From the IMG/VR virus record IMGVR_UViG_3300021387_000308, positions 1 through 38,036 of that record: DNA of 38,036 nucleotides; one strand, 5' to 3'. The translations under genes and the position numbers were made by a program. The number at the start of each line of letters is the position of its first letter. The first letter of the stretch is position 1. The stretch is from a virus (Duplodnaviria; Heunggongvirae; Uroviricota; Caudoviricetes). Below, in pieces: positions 18,801 through 33,800 of the stretch. The notes beneath the pieces were generated by a model. It saw only the letters and a list, made by a program, of their open reading frames with translations, was not told the origin of the DNA and did no database searches.

Positions 18801-21800
18801 TGAAACTCCAGTTTCAACTTCTGAAGAAGAGGCTGCTACTGCTGCTGCGGATGCACATAAAAAAGCTGCGGCTGCTGCCGAAGAACATGCTGCTGCTGCA
18901 AGAGAAGCAAATAATGAAGAGGCTAATACTCCACCATCTCCAATTAACGAAAGAAATGATTTTATAAAAAGGTCTAAGCAAATATTTGATGAATTTGGTA
19001 TGTCATAGCATGATATACCAGGTGAATGGCAAGAATTTCTTAATAATATTGCAAATGATGGGATGAAAGCCGATGATGCATTAGAAGCACTCAGAGCAAC
19101 ATTGGATGCTATTGGTGATCAAGAACCTCCTGAATTTGGTGGTGGAAATACAAATAATAATAGAAATCCAAATAATGGTAGATTTATCAAATAGGATGTA
19201 AACGATTATGATGATGAGGACTATTCATATACTGAATGGTTAGGATATGCTTAGAGAAGACTTGTAAAAAGGAAAATAAAATATGATAAAGACGGTTCTC
19301 CAATGAAAGATGAATTTGGAAATCCTGTTTATGAAGAATCAAAGAGAACATTTACCAACTTTGAGCAGATAGAAAAGGAAATTATTAATGTAGATAAATT
19401 AATTCTAAAGTTGTAGGCTGATCTTGAAAAAGGTGAAAAACTTGGTAAGCCAACAGAAACAATAGAAAAATTATTAGGATATGCTGGTGATTATTCAAGA
19501 GAATTAACACAAGAACTAGATAAATATTATCAAGAAGCTGGCTACTTTCCAGGCGATGCACATATTTAGGATTTTATGAAACGTAGAAAACAATCTAGTC
19601 TTTAGGTTTCTGCTAATCTTCAAAAATCCGCAGATGAAGAAGCTTATAAAGAATAGCAAAAATTAAATAAAGCCATTGAGGATACAAATGCTTTAATAGA
19701 AAAATAGAAAGGAAATCTTGATAGTTTAAAAAGAAAATATGTTAGTGGAGCTGGTGTTGAATTTTCAGAAAAAGATAAAGATAGATTAATCAAATAGGAA
19801 TAGGAAATATAGGAATTATTTGATCGTATTAGAGGAAGGGAAACTACTAAAACTGAAAAAGAAGAAATCGATAATGCACTTAAAAAGTATAGAGATATAG
19901 CACAAGAATCTGTAAAACATCAAAAAGCTGCTACTCAACTTGATGCTTATAGACCTGATGTTGCTAGAGATAAATTAGTAGCCGATATTGGAGAGATGTT
20001 GGATGGAATGTAGGGGTCTGGTGCTGACACATCAAAACAACAAGAAAAACTGCATAATCTTCTTAAACTACTACAAGATTAGTTTGATCTTGTAAGTGAT
20101 CCGGCATCGTGGATAAAGCAACGTGTTTAGGATTACAAAAAGATAAGAGAAGAAAATCGTGGGATATAGAATCAATATAAACGAGATAAATCCGAAACAG
20201 ATAGATATGCTGAATTAACAATGAAGAAAGCAAGAGAAACAAATCTTGATGTGGATGAGTAGGCGGAGTTAGATAAATTAACTCAAAAATATGAAACATT
20301 AAACGGTCTTAAAGAAGCTGGGTTTGAACTATCAAATAGTGAATTAGCTACTCTTGAACGTGTCGCATAGGCTGATAAAGCCGCTATGGAAGAACGAATC
20401 CGTCTTAGGGAAGAATTACAAAGAAGTGTTGAAGAATATGATTATGAACAAGAAAGAAAAGCTGCTCTTGAAAAAGATAAACAAGATAGAAAAAATATGA
20501 GCGAATAGGAGAAACAAAATCAAGATTCATTAAAGAATGCTGAAAAGGCTCTTACTGATTACGAGAATGCAGTCAAGGATCTTGTGAAAGCATAGACTGA
20601 ATTTGATTTTGGTGATTAGGGTGATCCAAAGATAATAAAAAATCTTGAAGATGCAAGAAATGCTGTAGAGGAAACAAAAGCTGCCCTTAGAGGTTTAGCA
20701 CAAGTATTTGATGAAGAATTTGTTGGTGATAATTCGACTTATAAAGATCGTTTAGCTAATGCATTAAGACTTGAAAGAAATCCAACACTATCAGAGGATT
20801 ATAGGAGTGCATTATATAAGTAGGATAAGAAAGAAAAAAATAGAGCCGATAAAGAAAAAGTATCAAATGCTGCAAGTGATTATAAATAGGATTTGGATGT
20901 AATTAGGCAATATCATAAAGCACTTCAAGAATTAAATTATTTACAAGAACAATCCAAAATAGATCCATCGGTTAAAAATACAAATAGATTTAAAGAATTA
21001 ACCGAACAGGTTGAAGAATTGAAAGTTAAAGCAAAAGAAGCTATGGATGCAATTAATTAGCTAGAAGAAAACGGTCTTTTGAGAGCTGGGCAACACGGTA
21101 ATGCAAAAACTATTTTTGAAAATGCAGGGACGTTAAAAGCTACACAACAAGATAAACTAGTCGATCAAATGAATAAAAAATTAAAAGAAGATCTGAAATC
21201 TCAAATTAAAGCGAATCTTGATATTATTAAAGAAGCATAGGATTTATAGACAAGAAAGAATTTATCAGACGCTGCGCAATTGCGCGGTGGAAGTACTGGT
21301 GAAAATATTGCTGAATTAACAAAGAAATGTGAAGAAGCTGCTGAGGCCGCAAGAAAAGCAAAGCAAGACATTGATGATTTATTAAATGTCAGTGGTGATG
21401 TTTTAAGTCAATCAGAAATTGAGGCTTATACAAAACGTGCTGATGATGCATATGAAAGATCTAAAAATGGTTCATCAACTAGTGCAAGGACTTTATCCAG
21501 TGCAAGGAAAGCACAAAGATCTCAGGAAATTCGTGCAGACATAGAAGAATATGATAAAGCTATAGAACAATATTCAAATTTATATGAAAAAAAGTTACGT
21601 GGTACATTAACTACTGAAGAAAATAATGCGATGGTTTCTGCACTAGAAACTATTATTAGATTAGAAGAAAATTGGAATTAGGCAAAAGCAGAGGGTGTTA
21701 AGTTAACATAGAGATAGGCAGACTTAAGAGATCAATTATTAGCGGCCTCTGTAAGAAAAGATGATGATGGCAATTTTGATAAAAATTATACAAGATCATA

Positions 21801-24800
21801 GATAGAAACATCTGTATTATAGGATCGAGCAGCTAGTGAATACAATTCTTTAATGAAGAAATTGACAAAAATGTATGATCAATCTTCTTGGCGAGAAGGT
21901 GGATGGGATCAGCAAGTTGATAATTTGATAGCAGAATTAAAAACATATAATCCTAACGACATTTTTGATGAAACATCTTTAGATGATTTTTTAAAACAAT
22001 TACGATTAATAAGAAGTGAAGCTCAAGAAGTATCAAAATCTATTAATTTCCGTCCGGCAAAAGAAACGTGGGCAACAAAAACAACGTCTGGATTATAGAA
22101 ATGGATGGATCAAAATAAGATTGCCGCTAAAGAATATGAGGAAGATATAAAAAAAATATTTGCTGACATTAAAAAAGTTGTGACAGAGGGCGAAGCTGCT
22201 GAAATTGAAAATAGGATTAATAAAATACAAGGTGAAGCTGCTCAAAAAGGTCTTCTTGGTAAATCTCTTGGAGATCGTTTTAAGGATCAATTTAAGAATA
22301 CAATGACTAGCCTTGCTACTTATTATCTTAGTTTTTAGGATTTTATAAGATATGGCAGAGAAGCTATTGGTATTATTACAGAACTTGACACTTAGCTTAC
22401 TGAAATGAGAAAAGTATCAAACGAAAGTCTTCAAACTTTACAAGATTATCAAATTGAAACATTTGATATTGCAAGTAGAGTTGGTACTACTGCTGCTTAG
22501 ATTCAAAGTAGTACGGCAGATTGGATGCGTTTAGGTGAGGATTTACAAGATGCAAAAAAGAGCGCAGAATATTCTACTCTTTTACTTAATGTATCTGAAT
22601 TTAGTTCAATAGATTCTGCTACTGAATCTCTTGTTGCTATGAGCTAGGCTTATCAAGACATCGATAAACTTGATATAATTGATAAATTAAATAATATAGG
22701 TAATAATTTTAGTATATCAACCAGTGATCTTGCAAGTTCATTGCAATTATCTGCTGGCACTCTTAAAGTTGCTGGTAATTCATTAGATGAAGCTATTGCA
22801 TTAACGGTTGCTGGTAACCAGGTATTACAAGATCCTCAAAAAGTAGGACAATCACTTAGAACTATTTCTTTAAGGCTTACTGGAACTTCTGTTGAAGATA
22901 TGCAAGAAGCCGGAGAAGAAATTGACGGATTAATTACTACACAATCGAAGCTTAGAAAAACAATTATGGATATTACTAAAGTTTCTTCTAATGGATATAA
23001 AGGATTTGATATTCTTACCGAAAGTGGTAATTATAAATCAACATATGAAATGCTTAAGGGAATTGCAGAAGTATGGCATGAAATTGGTGAAGAAGATAGG
23101 AAAATGGGGACTAATAGGCAGTCCTTATTACTTGAAACAATTGCTGGTAAAACAAGAGCTGCTGCTGCTTCATCAATTCTTGATAACTTCGAAACTTTAC
23201 AAGATGTTCTTGAAGCTTCATTAAATTCTGAGGGATCTGCTCAGGCAGAATTGGATAAATATCTTGATTCTATTCAAGGTAAAGCTGCACAATTCCAAAA
23301 TGAATTACAAAAACTTGCATCGAGTGCAATAGATAGTTCATGGATAAAAGGTCTTATAGACTTAGGGACTCAATTACTTGGAGTAATAAACGATTTAGGT
23401 GGTGCGTTTGGTCATCTTAATACTTTAATTGGAACTGCTGCTGGTATCTTTTTACAGATAAACGGTAAAGGGATATTAAATTATGATCAATTGTTAGGCG
23501 GATGGGAATTTGGTGGAATAACAAAATTGCCTGGAATTATAAAACAGATATTTTCAGGTGATAGCACTGAAATTACTAAGGTTGTAAGTAATGAAATAAC
23601 GGATTCTATGCGCAATGCATTTGACATGTTGGATCCAGATGAATTATTTACAAAACAAGTTGGAGAATCTGTTTTATCTGAATTTATTGGTGATATAGGA
23701 GATCCAAATTTTGAAAAATTTCTTGCATAGATGGATGAAGCAAAATTAAAAGGAATGTCTGCAAAAGAAGTATTCGATGAATTTGCAAAATCTACACATG
23801 ATGTTACTGAATCTGTTTCGGTCGGAACAAAAGTATTTTCTGGATTAGTGCATGGAATTGCGTCTTTAGGCTCTTATTTATTAACAATTGCAGCGACTGT
23901 CGCTGTTGTGGCTGGAGCAATGAAAGTACTTGAAACCATTTATAATAATCTTCCGTCTGTTAAAAGGAAACGTGATATTGAAATTGGAAAAGCTGCCACA
24001 GAGAATATAAAACAAATTAATGAAGAATATAAGAATAGAGAAAAATCTACAGAAGAATTAGGTAAAAGATATAATGAACTTCGTTCTGGTGTTTCATATG
24101 AAAATGGTAAAGGTTATTCAAATGTTTCACTTTCCACAGAATAGTTTGAAGAGTTTTTAAGTATAAATAATGAAATTGTTGCTTTATATCCATAGTTAAG
24201 AGCTGGTACAGATGCTCAAGGAAATGCATATGTAAATCTTGGAGCTAATGCTGATAAGGCAACACAGTCTCTTAATGAATTATTAAATGCTCAACGCGAT
24301 TTGGCGAATAAAGAGATTGGTGAGAAATTCCAAGATTAGTTAACTGGTGTCTTAGCAAACAATGAAGTAGAATTGGAAAAAATATCTGAAAACGAATGGC
24401 TTGCTGGGTCTGTACAAGCGAATATTGATGCTGCTCAAAATGGTATAGAATCTTTTATTGAAGAAATTGATGGTGGATATAAGGTAGTTATTGATCAAAG
24501 CAAAGATTATGGCGGTAAGATAAGTGATGCATTCGAAAAAGGGTTTTATAGTAATGGTATTGATATAAGTGATTAGTGGACAACTGGAAGTACATTGGAT
24601 GAAGATGGAAACATTATAGCTCCTACTATTACATATTTCTTTGAAGCTGATACAAAAAGTCTAGATGCTGCTATTGCTGAAGCTAATAAATTAATAGGTG
24701 ATACAAATGGCGGAGAATATGATTAGGCAAAAGCGGCGAGTGACAATATTATAATTTCACAAAGATAGATTGATGATAATTGGGAATCATTAAAACCATC

Positions 24801-27800
24801 ATTAATGGCTAAATTTACAACAACAAAAACTTATAAAGAATTTTCTGAAACTATTTAGAATGGAATCGCATAGGCGATTTCCAATATTGATTTAGGAGAA
24901 GCATATGAAGCATTTGATAAATAGGATATATTTGATAAATTTGATGATTATTTAAAAAATAAATTAATGTATAGTTTATCAGGGGTCTATGATAGGGCTA
25001 AAACAAAAGAAGATAAAAAACAGGCAACATAGTTAATTGAAAGTCTTTTTACATTTGATCCATCAGATTTAACAGATAGTGAAATGACATCTAAACTTGA
25101 TGAAATTTTAAATAAGTTGTTCCCAGGAGATGAAGAATTACAACACACATTCAAAGTTGCATTAAACTATGAAATTGAAGATGATAATGGAAATTATTCG
25201 GCAGTATATGAGGATATAAATAATAGAATATACGAGGCACTTGGTGGTTCAAAAGATAGTAAAATTGATAAGAAAAAGTTATCTGAATTAAAATAGGGAC
25301 AAAAAGATAGTATTATTAATGCAATTGATAATGATGCTTTTGACTTTAAACTTGGTGGAGGATTTGATGATTTACTCAATTGGATTGATTAGTATTAGAA
25401 TAAAATTAATAATATCAAACCAGATGGTACACTCTCCGACATCTTCAGTAATGAATCATATCAATCAAATGCCGAAGGTTACGAAAAATCACTCTCCTCT
25501 CTCACTTCCGCTCTTGAAACATTACGTTCTGAAGGTACTCTTACATCCGAAGCAATGCGTGATTTGCAAGAAGAATTCCCAAGTTTGACTGATTTTACTA
25601 CAGATGGTCTTTCTAAAGCTGGGACAAAATATCTTAGTAATTGGATTAGCGAATTTAAATCTGGTTGGACTGATTTCTCAGATGAAGGCCGGAAACAACT
25701 CGATACTTATCTTGCTAATTTTACTGCTAGTTATATAGATATTGCAGTGTCTGAGCAAGATGCTTTAGCTGAAGTTAGAAAATCATTTATTACTGCACCA
25801 GCTGATGATAATATAGAGAGAATGGCACAATATGAAGAGTTTAATGATAAATTAAATGCTCTTAAAGATAAATATCGTGAAAATCTTAATTGGAATATTG
25901 TACTTGCTCTTAAGGATTAGTTTTCTGGTGATATTTAGTCATTAATTGATAAATATGATTAGTATGAAATTGTTTGGAATATTAAGGTTAAAACAGAAGA
26001 ACTTCAACACGATATTGATGCTTTAACAAATCAAAGAGATGTTAATTCTGCGCAACAATCTTTGAATGAAGCACTTGGATTATCAATGTCAAAAGAAGAT
26101 TATTAGAAAGATGATTCTATTTCTCAATCTTTAATTAGAAAATATGAAGAGCAAAGAAAAATTGCGATAGATGAAATAAATAAAAATCATACAAACGCAA
26201 AAACTGGTGAACTTGATGAATTTGGTTAGATGTTATTAGATCAAACCAATGCAAATTACGATAAGTTGGTTCTTGGCGAAAAAACAAATATGGCTAATAA
26301 CGCAAAAGCAATAGCTGAACTACCACTTACAAAAATCGAAGAAGCAAGAACAAGAATTTCACAAGAAATGCAAAAGATCCAAGATGATATTTCACTAGGT
26401 GAATCTTTTGGTCAAAATACCTCTGAATCACAATATCAAGGATTAATAGATTATTTGAAGCAAGATAATTAGAAATTACAAGAAGCAGAAAAAATACTTG
26501 AAAACAATATAAAAACAATGGAAGAACATTTTGGATCAAGAGCTAAAGACAGTCCATTATATAATAGTTGGTAGACGTAGCTTGCAGATAATCTTAGTAA
26601 GTAGGCTAGTAATAATAAACAAATCTTTGAATATGAAGAATCTATATCTAATCTTCCGATTACTCGGCTACAAAATGAGGCAGATATGCTTTCTCATGAA
26701 ACATCAAAATCAGAAAGAAATATTACTAAAAAACAGAATAAAGGACTTCTTCCAGAAGAATCTGATTATGATGAATATATATCTAATCTTGAAGCTGAAG
26801 CTACAAAGGCTAGAGAAATATATGATCAAACTGAACGTGATAGAGATAAATTCAAGAGAGATTTTTTGAAGCAAGGTGGAAAACTATCTGAATTAGAGGA
26901 TAATGAGTATTGGAAGCAATTTGCAACCGATCTTGAACAAGCTGGTATTAATTATGAAGATTTCTTAGAAAAAATACGAAATGCTGAAGAGGAAAGAGCT
27001 AATCTTCCGCTTACTAGATTACAAAATGAAGCTGAAGCACTCTCTCATGAAACATAGACTTGGGCCGATAAGATATCTGATGCTGAAAGCGCCGGAGATA
27101 TAGTTTCTGAAAATACATACACTTCTGCTATTTCTAGTGCAAATACTGAACTCAGAAATCTTTTAGGTCAAAGAAGAGAAATTCTTGATGAAATAAATAC
27201 TATAAAATCTTAGTATATAGATGAAGAAGGTAATTTAAACGAAAAAGCTTTATAGCAAGATGAAAATTATAGAAATAGAATGTCAGAATTGTATTCTAAT
27301 GATGATACTATTAAGAATTTAAATAATCAAATCGAAACATGGCGTAAATCTAGAAAAGAAATAAACGATTTAATTGCTGATAATGAACAAAAATTACTTG
27401 ATAGAGATTTTGAAAATGCTAATAAAGCTCTTACCGATCCTAAAAAAGTTGCTGGAGTTGATGAATATCTTAATGTAATGGAGAAAAATTCTATTCGTAT
27501 TGAATAGATGCAAGAAAGACTTGCTTAGAAACAAAAAGAGTTTAATGAAACCACTTCTGATCCAGAAGGTTATACTACTGCTGATGCTGAATATTGGGAT
27601 ATGATAGATGGAATAGATACTTTAACATCTAGTATAGAAGCTGCAACTGATGCTTAGAATGAATTTGTTCAATCATTATTAAATCTTCCAGCTGATAATG
27701 TATTAAAAGGTATTCAACGCTATCAAGAGGATTTTGAAGATTTACAAGCTGAGTAGAATCTTAGAACTGCTTAGGGGTACACTCTTACTCATGAAGATAT

Positions 27801-30800
27801 TAGAGGTAATATTAAATCAACTAAAGGATTAGTTGCAAAAGGTAATTTCTTGAATACTCTGTACGATATAGAAGATGTTGTTGCAGGAATGTTTGGTTAT
27901 GCCGTTGATTCAGAATTTAGGGAGTCTATTAGACAAAATAAACGTTCAAATCAAAGTTCTATTAATGGCTGGTTACAAGATATAATCAATTTCGATAAAA
28001 CTGATCGAGAGCTTGATGTGACAAATATGACAAGGGATGCAGAGGAATTATCTAGAAGAATTGAGGAAATCTAGAATGATTTTGACATGTTAGAAGTAAG
28101 TGGAAAAGAAATTACAGAAGATTCTTATTCAGAACTTATTGCTCAAAACGATCAATAGATTAGTAATTATGAAAAAATTAGGGATGAATGGAAGCGCTTA
28201 AGAGATACTGAGGGTTATGATGATAAAGGTAATATAATCACTGATGTTTGGACAGAGTATGATGAAAATTATGTAAATGCTCAATCTACTCTTAAATCAT
28301 TACAACAACAATAGATAGAATATAATGATGCGGTTGCTAATCTCCCGCTTTTGAAATTATAGAATGAATTATCTGATCTTGAAACTAACGCTACTGCTAT
28401 TCAAGACTTGATGACACTTGACAATGCGAAAGGATTAAAAGCTACAGTAAAAGATTATCAGAAATTAACCAAAAATAGTAAAGAGCAAATCAAAAACTTA
28501 AAACAACAAAATCAAGAACTTGCAAAACAATCTGTTGGTTTGGATAAAAATGGAAGCAAATATCGTGAAATAGCTGATAACATTCGTTCTAATGCAAGTG
28601 CTATAAGAGGGCTTGAAGCAGATATAATTGATTACGATTCTTAGGCACGTAGACTTATAACGACTCAATCACAAGATCTTGCTTCTGCTATCTCTTCTGC
28701 TCTTTCAGAAATGGGAACTGATACTGGATTAAGTAATGACACTATTGATAGTCTCATGATTGGATTTAGTGATCTTGCTGGTAAAGATGTTTCTAATATG
28801 TTCTATAGAACAGCAGAGGGAATTAAGGTAGATATTCGTGAACTTGAACGACTTGCTAGGGCAGAGAATGAAGTAAAAAGCACGTAGCTTGCAAAGGATA
28901 TTGAGGATAAACGTGCTGCTATTGCTGCTTACCAAAACCAGATCGGTCAAGGCAAATCAAATGAAACACTTAAACAAATGAATTCAGAACTTCAAGATTT
29001 GCTTAGATAGCAAGCTGAATATTTTGCTACTTATGCAGAATAGATGGAATAGCTTAGTAGATTAAATTAGGTTGCTCTTGCGGATGCAACAGAGAATCAA
29101 GGTGCTAATTATGATACATCAAAAGGATACCTTGAAGGTGCAAAAGAAATGTGGGATAAAGGTCTTATTGGAACCGATGATTTCAAGGCCCGTGCTGCAT
29201 ATTTTAACGCATGGGGTTTTGACGATCCAGAATCCTTTAAAGCTGATTATGATAAGATTTCTAAATATATGACAGATGATATTAGTGGAATTAACGCATT
29301 TATGAATGATTTGGTTTCTGAGGGGTTAGCCCATATAGATGAAGAAACAAATGGGATTATAATGGATTTCACTGATATTGAAGACGCAGCTATGAAGTTT
29401 AAAGGTGGTGTCGGTTCTGAATGGTTCCGTAACATGTTTGGCAAAGCGGATGAATATGGTGGATTTGGTGCTTTTGTATCATCTGAGGACGAAGCTATAA
29501 TGAAAACTGAAGAGTTACAAAATCAGCTTACTGATGCAAAATTAAAATATGGCGATATGCTTTCCGCTGGTGCTGATGCTGAGGTATTACAGAAATAGCA
29601 GAATGTGATTGATTAGATAGAAGCTAGATTAAAAGATGTTAATACTGCTACTGAAAATTATAGATAGGGTCTTGAAGATGATTATAAAGCTGGATTTGAC
29701 AATATAGGAAAAACAATTGATTATTTAAGTGACGCTTATAATGAAGCTACTGATGAAATATCCAAAAATAGAATTAAAGACCAAATTTAGGAAATTGCAG
29801 ATGAATACGATTTGAAACTTAATTTTGACCTTGAAACTGGAGAAGTTTCTATTGACGAATAGAGCTATGAAGAAGCAGAAAAGAAAATATATACAACGGC
29901 TGATCGTTTATCTAAATATGGAGAGGGTGGAAATGTTGATCTTCTTCACAGACCTCAAATAAATACAAAGAGATTAACAGAAGCTGGATATGATGATGTT
30001 GGTGAGGGATTTGCAACAATATTTACTCATACATTTTCAAATGAAGAGGGTAATATTGCCATGAACTTTACTCCTATTCTTCCAGATGGAACAGTTATGG
30101 AAAAAGGAGAATTTGAAAAATATTGTGAAGAAGTTGCAAGCGGTGTACATGAAGATACTCTCGGATTAAAAATTGGCGCTACATTTGAGGGGGAAAATGC
30201 AATAGAAGATGCTGTACAAACAGCTGAAAAAATACACGAATTACAAGAAGATTATTACCCAGAAATGGAAATAAGAACTCCAGAAACTGCTCTTTCCGCA
30301 TCTGATGTTGGTGTTGGAATAGAAAGAGCATCAGAATTTGAACAGCTATTAAATAATGTTTATGAAGCTGGAGAAAGCTCTGATTAGCAAGTTCAAAAAG
30401 CACTTGGTACATTATCTAAATATACAGCAGAACAATTAAAATCTATTAACTTATCTGATCGTCAATATGATGGTACGTTTGAGGGAGCTACTGAAGCAGA
30501 AATGGCTATGGATGCATTGAATGATGCACTTGGAAATACTGGCGTTAATGCATAGTTATTATCTTATGTTTTAGAAGCACTTGGATATGTTCACCCAGAA
30601 GTTGATATTGATTCATCAGATGTTGATGAAGCAGAAGAAAAAGTTGAAAAATTGAACAAAGAAGTTGAAAAACCATCAAAGAAAAAACTAAATGTTGAAG
30701 TAACGGATTCTGGAACTGGCACTCCTCTTTATGAAACTAATCGTATTGAAATGGCTGAATAGAATAGATCTGCATATGCAGAAGAATTAGCATATACAAA

Positions 30801-33800
30801 TCAACAAACAAAATACAACGAAAATACTGAAAGTTAGTAGCCAACAATTGATGCAATTGGATTAGTAGAAAATGCTATCACTTCATTATCCGATGTTGTT
30901 TCTAATGGTGTTGATACTTTATCGAATTTACCGGGTGAAATTGGTGAGGCTGTTGCAAGTGCTATATCTGGGAAAAATAATCCAGAATCTCCAAATGGAC
31001 CTCAAGTTCTTCCAGATGGAGTATAGGTATAGAAATATAGTGATGATGGGACGAACTTATCTCCCGCTTTTTAGAATCAAATGAATTCTGGATTTTTCCA
31101 TCTTTAGGCACAAGTAGATCCACCACCTGAAGAAGAATTAGAAGTTACTGGAACTGCTACTTTTGAAGCTAATACTGATGAATTAGATCAAGCAACGGCA
31201 GAAGCCGAAAAACCAGTTGAAAAACCAGTAACTATGTAGCTTGTTGGTGGTTAGCCAACTATTCCAGAAAGCAAAGATTCTGTTATTAAATAGACAAAAG
31301 AAACAGATGAGGTTAAAAATGAAACAACAAATCAAGTTACTAATATAGAAGTAAATAATGATGGCGCATTACAATCCATAGAAGAAGTATCTGATGCATT
31401 GACTGATTTACATAATCAGCAAACATAGCCAACAATAGATGCTGATAATTCATAGGCAATTAATAAAATTATATCTACCACAACTTAGTTATCAATATTA
31501 GATAGTAAAACTGCTACTCCTTCAATTACAATTGACGCTGCTGAGGCTGCAACTCAAATTCATGGTATAAAGACAGATCTTGATAATTTACCTACTACGA
31601 AAATTATTCATGTAGTTGTTTAGAATGAGGGTGAGGCTAAAGCTCAAGGACAAACTGGAACGATGATTCTTCCGAGTAGCCATGCATATGCTAGTGGCAA
31701 TCTTACACAAAAAGATCTTGATTTATTACCAACTATTCCTATTACTGAAAAATTACATTTTGGCAATGGTGATGTTGGATTGCCAACTGATGAAGAAGCA
31801 TTGGTAAACGAACTTGGAACAGAGTCAATTATAAGAGATGGGCATTGGTTTACTATTCCTGGTGGGATGCATGTAGAGAATCTTAAAAAGGGTGATGTGA
31901 TATTAAACCACAAACAAACTGCCGACCTTATAAAATCTGGCAAAGCTTTAGGCCACGGGAAAGCTTATGCTCAAGGTACGGCATTTAATGGTATGCCAGC
32001 TCATGATCCGCCAAAAGCCACTGGTGGTACATATAATTGGGGTGGTGGTCAAGGTGGCGCTTCTGGTGGCGGCGACTCTGGAAGCGGTGCTGATGCTGGT
32101 GCAACGAAAAAACATACTGATGCAGTTAAAGGTGATACTGGCGCTACAGAACAAAATACAGAAGCTAAAAAGAAAGAAATCAAAGTATATGATTGGGTTG
32201 AACGTAGGTTAAAATATTTTGCCGATAAAACAGAAGAAATTGCAGATAGAATAACTGATTATGTAACAAAGGTATTTAAACGAACTAATCTTGATAGAGA
32301 AATGAAATCTATAGAAAAAGAAATTGATGCTAATATAAAGGCTGCTCCTATATATTATGAACGTGCAGAATAGAAAGCAAATTCGTTCGAATATTATGAT
32401 TCTAATAGTAATAAATAGACTGTTACAATACCAGAAGAATATAGAAAACTTGTTAGAGAAGGTAGAATTGATACAGCTAAAAATAGTATAGAAGATATGG
32501 ATATTTCTGATGATGCTGCAAAGGGATTAGCAGAAGCTATCGATGAATATTAGAGCTGGATAGATAAAGCTAAAGATGCTGAGAAGAACGCTCGTTCGTT
32601 AGAAAATACATGGATGGAGCTTTATGAGGAATTTGTAAATATTCCACTTGATTATGCTGATAAAGCTATTGAAAAAATTGAAAGTTCTATGAATAATAGA
32701 TCTTCCGTAGAAGATGTACTTTCCTCTTACGGAAATACTGGTGCTAGAATGATGAGAAAATACGGATACACAAATGAAGCATCAGAAAGAACTGTAAAGA
32801 ATATGAAAAATAGTAAAGTGTATAAAATACAAGATAAGTTGATGAAAGAAAATCTCAAAGATCAATAGGCTGTTGTCAAACAAAACCGCAATGCAACAAA
32901 AGCTGCTCAAAAAGAAGCGAATAAATAGGCAAAGAATTTAAACAGAGTTTCTAATGTTGGTCAAGCTATATCATCATTATTAAATTCTGAAGCATAGAAT
33001 CTTACTGGTAAAAAAGCGGATACTATGCGTAAACGTGCCAAGAAAGTTTCAAAAGCTGTTGAAAATAATGAACTTATCGATACTACGTATTTAACTGGTA
33101 AGGCTCTTGAAAAAGCTAAAGAATATAATAAGGTATTACAGCAAAATACAATTGCTCAAAAAGCTCTTGTGGATGCAACGGAAAGATCTGTTGAATCAGA
33201 AGCAGAACTCGCTAAAATGAGAGTCGAAAATGCTAAACAAGGATTTGAAAATGTTAAGAAATACTATGAAGATAGGAATTCCTATAGAACTTCAGTGTAC
33301 GAAAGAGATAATGCAAGAGCTGAGTTAAATAATGTAAATGAATATATGTCGAAAGATGAATATAAAACGAAAAGAACCAGTGAAAACAAAACAAGAAGAA
33401 ATATGTTAGATGAAAGAAATGCTTTAATTTCGCGTAGAAATAATCTTGTCAATAAAGGTGATATTAAATATGATGATGATACTTGGAGACAAATGACAGA
33501 AGAAATAAATAATCTTGATACATCAATCATTCAATCGAGGCAAAATAGTGCTGAGTTATTTAAAGAATGGGCTAACTCTCCTCTTGATAAGGTAGCACAA
33601 GCAATAGAAAAATTAAAGACTAAATTTGACGCTTTAGGCGGTGCGATGAATGCAGCAAAAAGCGGTTTGTCTTCTGTAAATTCTTTCTTGAAGAATGTGA
33701 CTAGTTCTTTAGCTAATAACGCAAAAGCCGTTTTAAAAAGTACAAAAGGTCAGAAATCATATATTGCTCAGAATAAGTTATTGGATGACTAGCTTGAAAA

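Noticed and set aside
18829-18903. Ala-rich GCT repeats in TMP as a functional DNA repeat
   Set aside because: They are explained by an EEEAATAAADAHKKAAAAAEEHAAAA helical linker at protein level.
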